Assembly (NCBI GenBank): GCA_032718475.1
Contig: JAUCBJ010001861.1
Coordinates: 1 to 64,000 of the forward strand
From: Nemertoderma westbladi
Lineage: Eukaryota; Animalia; Xenacoelomorpha
DNA: 64,000 bases
Direction of reading: 5' to 3'
Below, in pieces: positions 1 to 17,352 of the stretch; positions within the stretch are counted from its first letter, which is position 1; each line of letters opens with the position of its first letter. The notes under the pieces were generated by a model. That model saw only the letters and a list, made by a program, of their open reading frames with translations. It made no database searches and was not told the origin of the DNA. A program made the translations under genes and the position numbers.

Positions 1-1148
1 TGGAAGGGTAAGATTAGAAGACCGTCAGGGCTTCTTGCTGTCAAAAAAAACGTCTGTGTGTGATGTTTGTGCAAATTGATATTGGCTTGGAATGGTAAGA
101 GGTGCTCTACTTGGTGGTCAACTATACAAATTATTTGGTTTCTTATTTCGGTTATTAATTATTTAAGCGGGTAAAATTAAGCTCATGCTGTATAAAAATA
201 GGTCGATTCACCGTGTCCCATTCTCACAAAGTTTTTATTTTATTCGAGTGTTTAATATAAAGATGTATGATTATTTATTGATTAAAAATTAAATAGTGTA
301 TAAATATGTCATATTCCCTCAAATTGGAACAACCCCCGGTGACGTGCTTCCTCATTTTTTCAATTTCTGAACAAAACCATAATATTACCTTTTGCGAAAT
401 CGGACATCGTAGCCATTCTAAACATTAGTCGCGATCTCATTAGAAAGCATGCGTTGCAATGATTCTAAATATGTAACAATGTCTGAGTTTCGTTGAGAAA
501 CAGCTGAGATATAGTTCAAATATTGCAAGAAATATCGTTCCTCGAAGAAAATGTATTCTATTTAATAAATACACAACGTTCTGGAAAATTTTGATCAAGT
601 CTGGCTATACAATACGCAATAGAGGTATTGCATATAGGCTGTTGCCCATCTACTTGCTATCTATGTTACTTTATAAAATCAATAACACGTTCTATAATTT
701 TGTGTATTAATTATAATAAATTATGGCTTCATATTTACGGCTCATGGTGTGTATATGAATAGGATATTTTATGACAAAAGTAGAGAGCAGCTCAACTATA
801 ACATAAACCAATATTGGATATTGAGTTATGTGAGTGTGTGCTTCTAATTTGATGCTCATTCAACATATTATATTTTGGTATTAGGTTACTTTTTTCCCTT
901 AGGAAAAAGTAATACGTAGTTCTTTGTCTCCCGATTTTTGGTACATTCAGGAGAATAAGCTACAATTGAAGATTAAATTAATAATATTAACTCAGGTTAA
1001 CAATATCAACTCAACACATCGCATAATTAGAAAAGTGCGAAAAGCCAAATTTGAGGTTTATAATAATTCACATTCGCTGAATTCAAAAAAAAGTTTGTTT
1101 GACAATAAAATATTAAAATTTAATTGATATTGAAATAATTTCACCAAA

Positions 1149-2232
1149 ATGTCGGTACGCAAACGATCGAGTGGCTTTAGCTCCGGGGAAAGTTTGATGG
1201 ACAGGAAATCGGGACTATCGAGCTTCAGTAGAAGACGTCATGCCGCAGATGTAGAAGATCCTAAGAGCAATGAAAGAGATTCAGCAATGCTAAAAACCAC
1301 AAATGATGCGACAACAGCCTTGGAAAGGGATCATAGAGAAGGAGAAGAATTGAGGGAAAAAATAAAAGCTGCCAGCCAGGCCGCAGAAGAAAGAGTAAAA
1401 AACGTGGAAACGGTTCTCGCCAGAGAAGATTCGGCAGATTTACAAGATACCCAACGCATTGAAGACATGTTCCACGTAGACCATCTGAAGCGGATGCTAC
1501 AAATATACAAAGAGGTAGATGTGGATGAAGGGGGCACATTGGATATGGATGAATTCGCGGAAGCGCTTATAAAGATATACGGTGAAGGCAACGTGACACC
1601 CGAGGAATGTACAAAGATATTTATGAAAGTCGACACTAACTGCGACGAGACCGTGGACATGAACGAATTCATCGATTATCTGACCGCGGAATTCCGAGAA
1701 AAGGAACGAATGAGTAAGATGATAGACGATCTGTCGTTCCTGCCAACCATCGAGGACTTCTGCGCGCCGCACAAAGACATTATTGTCGCGATGTTCTACC
1801 ACAGAAACCTGGCGTTCAGTCTGGGAGACACGCCGGAGGACAGAATGGGACAATTCATCACCATCGGAAAGGACTGCACAATCAATTTCTGGACGCTGAA
1901 CATGCGGCACAAATGGGCCCGGTTTATCCGAAACGAGGGGTTCTACGTAAACGTGACAGCGGGTGTGTCCTGCGACCACGCGAACATGATAGCGTTCGCT
2001 ACGAGTAAACGAGAGATTGTCTTCTACGAGATATCCGGGGACACCATGACGCGAATGTACGAGATTGTTGGTCTCCCGGAGTTCCCCGTCAGCATGCACT
2101 ACTGGTACGATCCCAAGAGCATTAACTACGGCACAATGATGATTGGTGATCGTCATGGCAACGTGGTATGTTTGCAGTTTCTCGATCCCGTTCATTGTCA
2201 CATGTTTGGCGTACGTGGAAGTGAATACACAG
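1149..2232 (+). CDS. Exon 1 of an EF-hand + WD40-repeat protein (WDR49/WDR64/EFCAB8/WDY-like), nested antisense in a PRP4K intron
   Basis: ATG at 1149; two EF-hand loops (DVDEGGTLDMDEF, DTNCDETVDMNEF) followed by WD-like repeats; phase-1 donor ACAG|GTGAGT at 2232/2233. Confidence 0.85.
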
Positions 2233-3344
2233 GTGAGTAGATTTGCACAAAAAAAAAAAATTCATTTAGCAAAAAATAACCTAAACAATTGTTTTTAAAA
2301 TAAGTTTTTGGGAATGTTTTGCCAAAATAAGACCATTATTGTTATTAAATTAATAAGACCATTATTGTGAAATATGTTCAAATTGGGTTTTCGTCTAAAA
2401 TTAAATCGTTGATCCGCGCATTTCATTTAATGGAGGTACCCCCAACCCCCCCCCCCCCCCCCCACCCCCAGGATATTTTTTAACGAATCTGGGTGAACAA
2501 TGACGGAGTAGTATTTTGAAAAATCGACCTTTAAAGTTTGAACATTCCCGCTCAAAGTGTCTGTTAATTGATTAGCTACTTTTAATATAAACCGTTTGGC
2601 ACTAAAAATATCTCGCTAGGCCGTTTTAAGAAATCCTCATTATTACATTCAGCATAGTGTTGTAACGGGATCGGGACCCACTATTTTCGGGATTGGGGAT
2701 CGGGATTGCAACTGTCCGGATCCCGATATTCGGGATCGGGATTTTTAATTTGACTACGACCACACTCATCCAAAATTTAAACTAGTTATCTACCCTGCCC
2801 TCTTTATAGGAGTAAAAAAACTTTCGAGAAATCTCATGTCCACTGATTTTTTTTCAAAAGGTTCACAGACGTAGTTTATTTCCCACGTACGTATTACACA
2901 TCACATACGTTTTTAATATATCTACTGCAATCTGACAGAATCGCTGCCACATAAAAATATTTATCATATTCAATAACTCAACAAGTGTTTCTATTATTTA
3001 TAATATAGACATTCATATATTTTATACATTTAAATGAATTAAATTCAGATATAAATTCAGATTCAGAAATCAGTTATGGATCTTGAAAGCTATTATAGGT
3101 GGTTGTAAAACCAAAACCGTTACATATTCTTTTACTTTATTAATCATTATTTTTGTTATTGTAAAAATTTCGCTTTAGTTAAAGGCAAGCTTTAAAGCAA
3201 ATTAAGCTGCAGCGCATATAAATTCAGATAGAGCAAATCACGAAAAATCCAAGGATTCACCCAAGGAAGGGGTACACACGTTATATTCACGGAAAGATAA
3301 AATATTCGTTGACAAATAAGCAACTTTTAATTTTTTACATTTAG

Positions 3345-6271
3345 GGAAACGACAAGTCTATGAGATACACCTTGATGATTTACTAGCAGGGAAGTATCCC
3401 AAAGTAAAGTGCACAGTCTTGCTCAAAGTCCACAAACACGCAATCAACGCAGTCCGATACCTCCATCCAAACAAATTCGTAAGCTGTTCTGAAGACAGCA
3501 CTAATAGCATCCTTATTGGGAATCTTCAAGACAACCACGAAAATAAATACTACCATGTGCCGCAAGGTGTCGTCTCTATTGACTACTGTCTCTCCAAAGA
3601 GTTCCTTTACACCGGCGGAATGGACCACTATATTCGGATGTGGGACTTATATGGACGGGTTAAAGAAAATGTTGGTGTTCTGGGGTTCCATACAGCCTCA
3701 ATCATACACGTAAAAATGCTGGATACGGTCAACCAACTATTCACAGTGGATCGTAACAACAACAGTAAGCTGTGGAACCTGAGAGACCTCACGGTGGTTC
3801 AGCGGTTCGCACCACATTCCTACACGCATCTCGGCACTCGCAACTCCATCAGTTGTCTGCTCTGGCATCCCAGCACTCTACACCTCATGTTGGCAACCGC
3901 AGAGGTGGTACGCTTCCAGCACAGTGGTATTACCATATCAGAGAACGATAATATCACACACACCAAGAACGTCCAATGCGTTTTATGGAATTCGCTGTTT
4001 CAGAATCTTGTGAGTGCAGGTGATGATTCAGCGTTCCGAGTTTGGGATCCATTCACTGGCGAGAAACTCATGGAACGCAAAGAATGCCACAGTGTTATCT
4101 CGAAGATGCTCACGGAGAACAACATCGAGATCATAACGATGGGATTCGATAGAACAAAGAGACGATTGGTTACCTGCGCTTCCGATGGGACTGCCAAAAT
4201 ATGGAACTTCAACAACGGCTACCTAATCCGGCAACTGCCGTATAAATATAAGGGCAAGGAGATTACTTGCGTGATCGTCTTGGACAAGGATATCATCCTG
4301 GGAGGGTGGACGAAACACCTGACCAACTTCATAGACCTACCGAACGAGGAGGTTTGGCACCTGTGCAAGGATTGGGGGAAGGCGCGACACCGGGACGAGC
4401 TGTCCTGCATTGCTGCGAACCTTGTCAACGTTATTGACGTGGTTACCGGAGAGTCGGCTCTACGGCCAACGCTAATCGCCACCGCGGACTACGCAGGCGA
4501 CATATTCGTCTGGTACTCCGACACCAAAAATGAACGTTGTCATATGAACGCGTGGAAAGGGATGAAGGTCTACAACCCCACTATGTATGGGAGCGAAATA
4601 AAGTTGAAACCAGGTGGCAAAAAACAGAGCAGTAATGTGAAACGGTCGGAGACCAACAAGGAAACTAGACAGCTTTTGGCAAAACGAAAAAGCATAAAAT
4701 ATGAACAGGTGAAGAAAGATAACGAAGAAGCAAAGAGCAATGAAAATGATTCAAAATACGAGATACACCTGGAAACACCAAATGTCGTATCAAAATTGAT
4801 ATTTCTGGATGGGCGGGAGATGGAGAGCCCTGACACAGCAAACCTGCTGTCTGCGGGGAGTCAGGGATGGGTTCGTGCTTGGTCGTTACAGCCTGATGGC
4901 GGCCGTTGTATCGGCCACTACATTGCGTCCCATAGACTGACTAGCAACGTGGGCTGCATGACGACAAACTCGCACAATGAATACATTGTAACGGTGGACT
5001 CGCAGGGCTACGTGAAAATCTGGGACATTCACGACTGGTGCATCCGAGCCGAGGAAGTGGAGAAACTCAAGACGAGCTACCAGGGTTACGGGAAGTACGA
5101 CATTGAAGTATTCCCATACTTAGACAAAGAGGCTGTTGTGGAGGAGAAGTACAGCGTTGAGCATCGTCTGCCGGAAGACACGCCGAATGAGTGGCTTCCT
5201 CTGCTGAATAAACCTCGACTGCTCAACAGTTGGCGGGCTCATTGTGGGGAGATTAGCGACGTGGAACTTATCGAACAACACGGGCTCATTGCGACATGTG
5301 GCTACTGGGATAAGATGGTGCGTCTTTGGTCTATAGGAGGAATATTCATAGGGACATTCTGTGACTCACAATCATGGAGGCTCAAACTCCCCATTACATT
5401 CAAGAATCTGCTACCGAAGGCCAAACTTCCTGCTGACATACGTAGAGTTGCGTCTGCCTCAACGCTTAGGGTTTTACGATGCAAACTTACCAAGGGATGG
5501 AAACACGTGTGGCATTGCTGGCTCTTCTTATCGTTGTGTCGGGACAATGTCTACGACATGCGAATTCGTCGCGGCTACGCACTTAACGCGCCGACAGCCT
5601 CACAGGAGATCGAACTCGCGGAGTTCACGGACAGCGTGATGAACTTCTCTCGAGTGCCCTGCGCCCAGGTCGACGTAGAGACGTGGCGCAGTAAGTACAT
5701 CGGGAAGAAGAACTACAAGGGAAAGCATCAATTCCGGGAACACCCTCCCTTCGGGACCATCGTCACTGATATCGGACAATGCCGAGTCTTCGAGAAGCTG
5801 GAGATGCAGCCTGGGACGGTGCTGCCAGCGGTGGAGGTTCCTCAACAGATGAAGGAGGCCTGGGATAAGCAGAACAAGTGTCTGAGACAGCGACAGATCT
5901 ACGAATACAGCGAGTTGAGGAAACGGAATCCTTGGATGCTCAAGTACGCGTTCAACCCGCCCAGTGTACCGGAGGAGTTGATAGACGCGGAAGAAAGGAA
6001 GAAGGCCGGCTGGAAGCCTCATTTGAAAAAGGAGATGCCTCGAAAACATGTGATCAAAGGCGGAATAAACGACGTTCTAGAGCGTATGCAGCAGCTGGGT
6101 CTGCCGTCGATAAAGAAATCCTACATGTCGGTAACTTCGGGTTCCAAGTCAAGAATTTTGAGTATCCCCGTCAGCAAACGGAAACGGACTATTGATAAGA
6201 TCCCAGGGAAAACTTCGGTTTCTACCGGCGGTAGTAATAAGTTAATACTACCGCCACTAACAGAAACATAG
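3345..6271 (+). CDS. Exon 2 of the EF-hand + WD40-repeat protein (joined product about 1336 aa)
   Basis: Acceptor ttttttacatttag|G at 3344/3345 joins exon 1 in frame (G+GG) with ORF 3419-6271; many WD40 motifs (TGGMDHYIRMWD, SAGDDSAFRVWD, TCASDGTAKIWN, TVDSQGYVKIWD); stop TAG. Confidence 0.88.
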
Positions 6272-6578
6272 TCAAATAATTATTATTAAAATGTAAGCAG
6301 TAACAGATGACGAGTTAAATTGATTTGAAATATATGTAGAAATGAAATGTTTGACACTGAAATTTAGATAATTCATTTTTCCAATGTAATGCCAATTCGA
6401 AAATAACGAAACACCAAATTACAAGATTATATTTGACTTTGTTCAGTAAATATTTGTTTTCATCAGTACAACGCACTGGAAATAAGAAAAATTAAGTGTT
6501 TTAAAAACAAAAAAATATATTTCATAATGTCAATGCATGCATGTGCTAGTCATGAATTTCTCTAAATTCAACTACCTA

Positions 6579-6905
<327 letters not shown>

Positions 6906-7306
6906 TTATAGGGAGGATTAGACCTTACTTAGACTGATTAGAACTGAGACAGATTAAACAGACCAAAATCGGATCAACAATAATTGAAATCAAATTGAAG
7001 CTGCATTATATGGCAGCAAATATTTGAGCTGAATGCTTTATCACTTGCGTTATCAATAAATTATGCAAGCTAAATGAAACAGGATAATTAGTAATTATTG
7101 TTAAAGAAATATAGGTGGAAAAAACTTAGAAGACAACACTTCCTTTAGACCTAGATATTACATTATACCTTGCATGGATGTATAAAGTAAATATTGTAAC
7201 TGATTCGGGAAGGTAAAATGTAATATTGTTGTCATCGGAAATACGACAATCTACTGCATCATTGTGGCTTTCCAAATAATACACCGGATCATCACTTTAC
7301 GACTTT

Positions 7307-10337
<3,031 letters not shown>

Positions 10338-10379
10338 TTATTTGTAACAAAGATTACGTGACGTGAATCAGATGATAGC

Positions 10380-13300
10380 CATCTACTACCCAACACCATT
10401 GCCTATCCACTTCACGCCACCACTGCCTATCTACTTCCCGCCACCATTGCCTATCCACTTCCCGTCAACACTGCATATCAACTTCCAGCCAACACTGCCT
10501 ATCTACTTCCCGCCAACACTGCATATCCACTTCCCACCACTACTGCCTTATCTACTTCCCGCCACCACTGCCTATCTACTTCCCACCACACAGCCTAACT
10601 ACTTCCCACCACCACTGCCTATCTATTTCCTACCAACACTGCATATCTACTTCCCACCACCACTGCCTATCTACTTCCCGCCACTACTGCCTCATCTACT
10701 TCCCGCCACCACTGCCTATCTACTTCCCCCCACACTGCCTATCTACTTCCCGCCACCACTACTGCCTATCTACTTCCCACCAACACTGCCTATCTACTTC
10801 CAAGCACCACTGCCTATCTACATCCCGCCACCACTGCCTATCTACTTCCCACCACACAGCCTAACTACTTCCCACCACCACTGCTTATCTACTTTCCGCC
10901 ACCACTGTCTATATACTTCCCACCACCACTGCCTATCTACTTCCCGCCACGACTACCTATCTACTTCCCACCACCACTGCCTATCTACTTCCCACTACCA
11001 CTGCCTATCTACTTTCCGCCACCACTGTCTATATACTTCCCACCACCACTGCCTATCTACTTCCCGCCACGACTACCTATCTACTTCCCACCACCACTGC
11101 CTATCTACTTCCCACCACCACTGCCTATCTACTTCCCGTCGCCACTGCCTATCTACTTCCCGCCACCACTGCCTATCTACTTCCCACCACCACTGCCTAT
11201 CTACTTCCCGCCACCACTGCCTATCTACTTTCCGCCACCACAGCCTATCTACTTCCCGCCACCACTGCCTATATACTTCCCACCACCACTGCCTATCTAC
11301 TTCCCACCACCACTGCCTATCTACTTCCCGTCACCACTGCCTATATACTTCCCGCCGCCACTGCCATCCACTTCCCGCCACCACTGCCATCTACTTCCCG
11401 CCACCACTGCCTATCTACTTCCCCCCACACTGCCTATCTACTTCCCGCAACCACTACCTATCTACTTCCCACCACCACTGCCTATCTACTTCCCACCACC
11501 ACTGCCTATCTACTTCCCGCCACCACAGCCTATCTACTTCCCACCACCACTGCCTATCTACTTCCCACCACCACTGCCTATCTACTTCCCGTCACCACTG
11601 CCTATATTCTTCCCGCCGCCACTGCCATCCACTTCCCGCCACCACTGCCTATATACTTCCCGCCGCCACTGCCATCTACTTCCCGCCACCACTGCCTATA
11701 TACTTCCCGCCGCCACTGCCATCTACTTCCCGCCACCACTGCCTATCTACTTCCCCCCACACTGCCTATCTACTTCCCGCAACCACTGCCTATCTACTTC
11801 CCACCACCACTGCCTATCTACTTCCCGCAACCACTGCCTATCTACTTTCCACCACCACTGTCTATCTACTTCCCGCCACCACAGCCTATCTATTTCCCAC
11901 CACCACTGCCTATCTACTTCCCGCAACCACTGCCTATCTATTTCGCGTCGCCACTGCCTATCTACTTCCCGCCGCCACCACAGCCTATCTACTTCCCACC
12001 ACAACTGCCTATCTACTTCCCGTCGCCACTGCCTATCTACTACCCGCCGCCACTGCCATCTACTTCCCGCCACCACTGCCTATTTACTTCCCCCCACACT
12101 GCCTATCTACTTCCCGCAACCACTGCCATCTACTTCCCACCACCACTGCCTATCTACTTTCCACCACCACTGTCTATCTACTTCCCGCCACCACAGCCTA
12201 TCTATTTCCCACCACCACTGCCTATCTACTTCCCGCAACCACTGCCTATCTATTTCGCGTCGCCACTGCCTATCTACTTCCCGCCGCCACCACAGCCTAT
12301 CTACTTCCCACCACAACTGCCTATCTACTTCACATCACCACTGCCTATCTACATCCCGCTACCACTGCCTATCTACTTCCCACCACACAGCCTAACTACT
12401 TCCCACCACCACTGCCTATCTACTTTCCGCCACCACTGCCTATATACTTCCCACCACCACTGCCTATCTACTTCCCGCCACGACTACCTATCTACTTCCC
12501 ACCACCACTGCCTATCTACTTCCCACCACCACTGCCTATCTACTTCCCGTTGCCACTGCCTATCTACTTCCCGCCACCACTGCCTATCTACTTCCCACCA
12601 CCACTGCCTATCTACTTCCCACCTGCACTGCCTATCTACTTCCCGTCGCCACTGCCTATCTACTTCCCGCAACCACTGCCTATATACTTCCCACTACCAC
12701 TGCCTATCTACTTCCCACCACCACTACCTATATACTTCCCACCACCACTGCCTATCTACTTTCGCCACCACTGCCTATCTACTTCCCACCACCATTGCCT
12801 ATCTACTTCCCACCACCACTGCCTATCACTTCCCGCCACCACTGCCTATCTACTTCCCACCACCACTGCCTATCTACTTTCCGCCACCACAGCCTATCTA
12901 CTTCCCGCCACCACTGCCTATATACTTCCCACCACCACTGCCTATCTACTTCCCACCACCACTGCCTATCTACTTCCTGGCACCACTGCCTATATACTTC
13001 CCGCCGGCACTGCCATCCACTTCCCGCCACCACTGCCTATATACTTCCCGCCGCCACTGCCATCTAATTCCCGCCACCACTGCCTATATACTTCCCGACG
13101 CCACTGCCATCTACTTCCCGCCATCACTGCCTATCTACTTCCCCCCACACTGCCTATCTACTTCGCGCAACCACTGCCTATCTACTTCCCACCACCACTG
13201 CCTATCTACTTCCCGCAACCACTGCCTATCTACTTTCCACCACCACTGTCTATCTACTTCCCGCCACCACAGCCTATCTATTTCCCACCACCACTGCCTA

Positions 13301-16300
13301 TCTACTTCCCCAACCACTGCCTATCTATTTCGCGTCGCCACTGCCTATCTACTTCCCGCCGCCACCACAGCCTATCTACTTCCCACCACAACTGCCTATC
13401 TACTTCCCGTCGCCACTGCCTATCTACTTCCCGCCGCCACTGCCATCTACTTCCCGCCACCACTGCCTATCTACTTCCCCCCACACTGCCTATCTACTTC
13501 CCGCAACCACTGCCTATCTACTTCCCACCACCACTGCCTATCTACTTTCCACCACCACTGTCTATCTACTTCCCGCCACCACAGCCTATCTATTTCCCAC
13601 CACCACTGCCTATCTACTTCCCGCAACCACTGCCTATCTATTTCGCGTCGCCACTGCCTATCTACTTCCCGCCGCCACCACGGCCTATCTACTTCCCACC
13701 ACAACTGCCTATCTACTTCCCGCCACCACTGCATATCTACTTCCCGCCACCACTGCCTATCTACTTCCCGCCACCACTGCCTATCTACTTCCCACCAGCA
13801 CTGCCTATCTACTTCCCGCCACCACTGCCTATCTACTTCCCGTCGCCACTGCCTATCTACTTCCCGCCACTACAGCCTATCTACTTCCCACCACCACTGC
13901 CTATCTACTTCCCGTCGCCACTGCCTATCTACTTCCCGCCACCACTGCTTATCTACTTCCCACCACCATTGCCTATCCACTTCCCGCCAACACTGCATAT
14001 CCACTTCCAGCCAACACTGCCTATCTACTTCCCGCCAACACTGCATATCCACTTCCCACCACTACTGCCTTATCTACTTCCCGCCACCACTGCCTATCTA
14101 CTTCCCACCAACACTGCCTATATACTTCCCACCACCACTGCCTATCTACATCCCGCCACCACTGCCTATCTACTTCCCACCACCCCTTCCTATCTACTTC
14201 CCGCCACCACTGCCTATCTACCTCACGCCACCACCACTGCCTATCTACATCCCGCCACCACTGCCTATCTACTTCCCACCACCCCTTCCTATCTACTTCC
14301 CACCACCACTGCCTATCTACTTCCCGCCACCACTGCCTATCTACTTCCCACCACCACTGCCTATCTACTTCCCACCACCACTGCCTATCTACTTCCCGCC
14401 ACCACTGCCTATCTACTTCCCGCCACCACAGCCTATCTACTTCCCGCCAACACTGCATATCCACTTCCAGCCAACACTGCCTATCTACTTCCCGCCAACA
14501 CTGCATATGCACTTCCCACCACTACTGCCTTATCTACTTCCGGCCACCACTCCCTATCTACTTCCCACCAACACTGCCTATCTACTTCCCACCACCACTG
14601 CCTATCTACATCCCGCCACCACTGCCTATCTACTTCCCACCACCACTGCCTATCTACTTCCCACCACCACTTCCTATCTACTTCCCGCCACCACTGCCTA
14701 TATACTTCCCACCACCACTGCCTATCTACTTCCCACCACCACTTCCTATCTACTTCCCGCCACCACAGCCTATCTACTTCCCACCACCACTGCCTATCTA
14801 CTTCCCCCCACACTGCCTATCTACTTCCCGCAACCACTGCCTATCTACTTCCCACCACCACTGCCTATCTACTTTCCACCACCACTGTCTATCTACTTCC
14901 CGCCACCACAGCCTATCTATTTCCCACCACCACTGCCTATCTACTTCCCGCAACCACTGCCTATCTATTTCGCGTCGCCACTGCCTATCTACTTCCCGCC
15001 GCCACCACAGCCTATCTACTTCCCACCACAACTGCCTATCTACTTCCCGCCACCACTGCATATCTACTTCCCGCCACCACTGCCTATCTACTTCCCGCCA
15101 CCACTGCCTATCTACTTCCCACCAGCACTGCCTATCTACTTCCCGCCACCACTGCCTATCTACTTCCCGTCGCCACTGCCTATCTACTTCCCGCCACTAC
15201 AGCCTATCTACTTCCCACCACCACTGCCTATCTATTTCCCGTCGCCACTGCCTATCTACTTCCCGCCACCACTGCTTATCTACTTCCCACCACCATTGCC
15301 TATCCACTTCCCGCCAACACTGCATATCCACTTCCAGCCAACACTGCCTATCTACTTCCCGCCAACACTGCATATCCACTTGCCACCACTACTGCCTTAT
15401 CTACTTCCCGCCACCACTGCCTATCTACTTCCCACCAACACTGCCTATATACTTCCCACCACCACTGCCTATCTACATCCCGCCACCACTGCCTATCTAC
15501 TTCCCACCACCCCTTCCTATCTACTTCCCGCCACCACTGCCTATCTACCTGACGCCACCACCACTGCCTATCTACATCCCGCCACCACTGCCTATCTACT
15601 TCCCACCACCCCTTCCTATCTACTTCCCACCACCACTGCCTATCTACTTCCCGCCACCACTGCCTATCTACTTCCCACCACCACTGCCTATCTACTTCCC
15701 ACCACCACTGCCTATCTACTTCCCGCCACCACTGCCTATCTACTTCCCGCCACCACAGCCTATCTACTTCCCGCCAACACTGCATATCCACTTCCAGCCA
15801 ACACTGCCTATCTACTTCCCGCCAACACTGCATATGCACTTCCCACCACTACTGCCTTATCTACTTCCGGCCACCACTCCCTATCTACTTCCCACCAACA
15901 CTGCCTATCTACTTCCCACCACCACTGCCTATCTACATCCCGCCACCACTGCCTATCTACTTCCCACCACCACTGCCTATCTACATCCCGCCACCACTGC
16001 CTATCTACTTCCCACCACCACTGCCTATCTACTTCCCACCACCACTTCCTATCTACTTCCCGCCACCACTGCCTATATACTTCCCACCACCACTGCCTAT
16101 CTACTTCCCACCACCACTTCCTATCTACTTCCCGCCACCACAGCCTATCTACTTCCCACCACCACTGCCTATCTACTTCCCGCCACCACTGCCTATCTAC
16201 TTCTCGCCACCACTGCCTATCTACTTCCCGCCACCACAGCCTATCTACTTCCCACCACCACTGCCTATCTAATTCCCGTCGCCACTGCCTATCTACTTCC

Positions 16301-16740
16301 CACAACCACTGCCTGTCTACTTCCCACCACCACTGCCTATCTACTTCCCGCCACCACAGCCTATCTATGTCCCACCACCACTGCCTATCTACTTCCCGTC
16401 GCCACTGCCTATCTACTTCCCGTCACCACTGCCTATCTACTTCCCGCAACCACTGCCTATCTACTTCCCACCACCACTGCCTATCTACTTCCCACCACCA
16501 CTGCCTATCTACTTCCCGCCACCACAGCCTATCTACTTCCCACCACCACTGCCTATCTACTTCCCGTCGCCACTGCCTATCTACTTCCCGCCACCACTGC
16601 CTATCTACTTCCCACCACCACTGCCTATCTACTTCCCGTCGCCACTGCCTATCTACTTCCCGCCACCACTGCCTATCTACTTCCCGTCGCCACTGCCTAT
16701 CTACTTCCCATCGCCACTGCCTATCTAGTATCTACTACCA
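10380..16740. repeat. 24-bp satellite (about 265 copies, consensus ccactgcctatctacttcccacca) filling a PRP4K intron
   Basis: Tandem periodicity visible directly; produces spurious LPIYFPPP / HHCLSTSR / TTAYLLPA ORFs; includes a higher-order duplication of about 1327 bp. Confidence 0.97.
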
Positions 16741-16802
16741 GTCACCAATACTGCCTAACTCCACTAAATGGTGATGATAATGACGACTATAATTTATACT
16801 CA

Positions 16803-16949
<147 letters not shown>

Positions 16950-17352
16950 TTATTCAATACAAAAGCCGAGATATTCAATAGATAGATAATAAGCGGAAAA
17001 CAACACATTGTTCACTCATTTTCAGTTTATCGAAATTTAACTTTTCTGTCCGAGTGGTTGAGTTTTACACGAGTTGGTAAGTAGTTACATTTAGAATGCC
17101 CACGATTGGAAAACTCAACACAGGGCAGAATATCTGAATGACTACCAGCGCATGGCCTACCACGTGCGGTACTATACCATTTTGATCAATTTAGTTTCGT
17201 TTTCTTAATGTGTGAGCTGTATGCTCAAAAATTTGTTAAAAAAAGTAAAAAATTAGTGAAGAAAGTCTTTCTTTCACTAATTTTTTACTTTTTTTTAACT
17301 AAATTCTGGAAAATTAGTGAAACAATGTTAGATTAGTTCACTCATTTTTAAA

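Noticed and set aside
2655-2766. Short element with repeated cgggat motifs and weak terminal inverted similarity
   Set aside because: Possibly a MITE, but TIRs and TSD are too degenerate to call.
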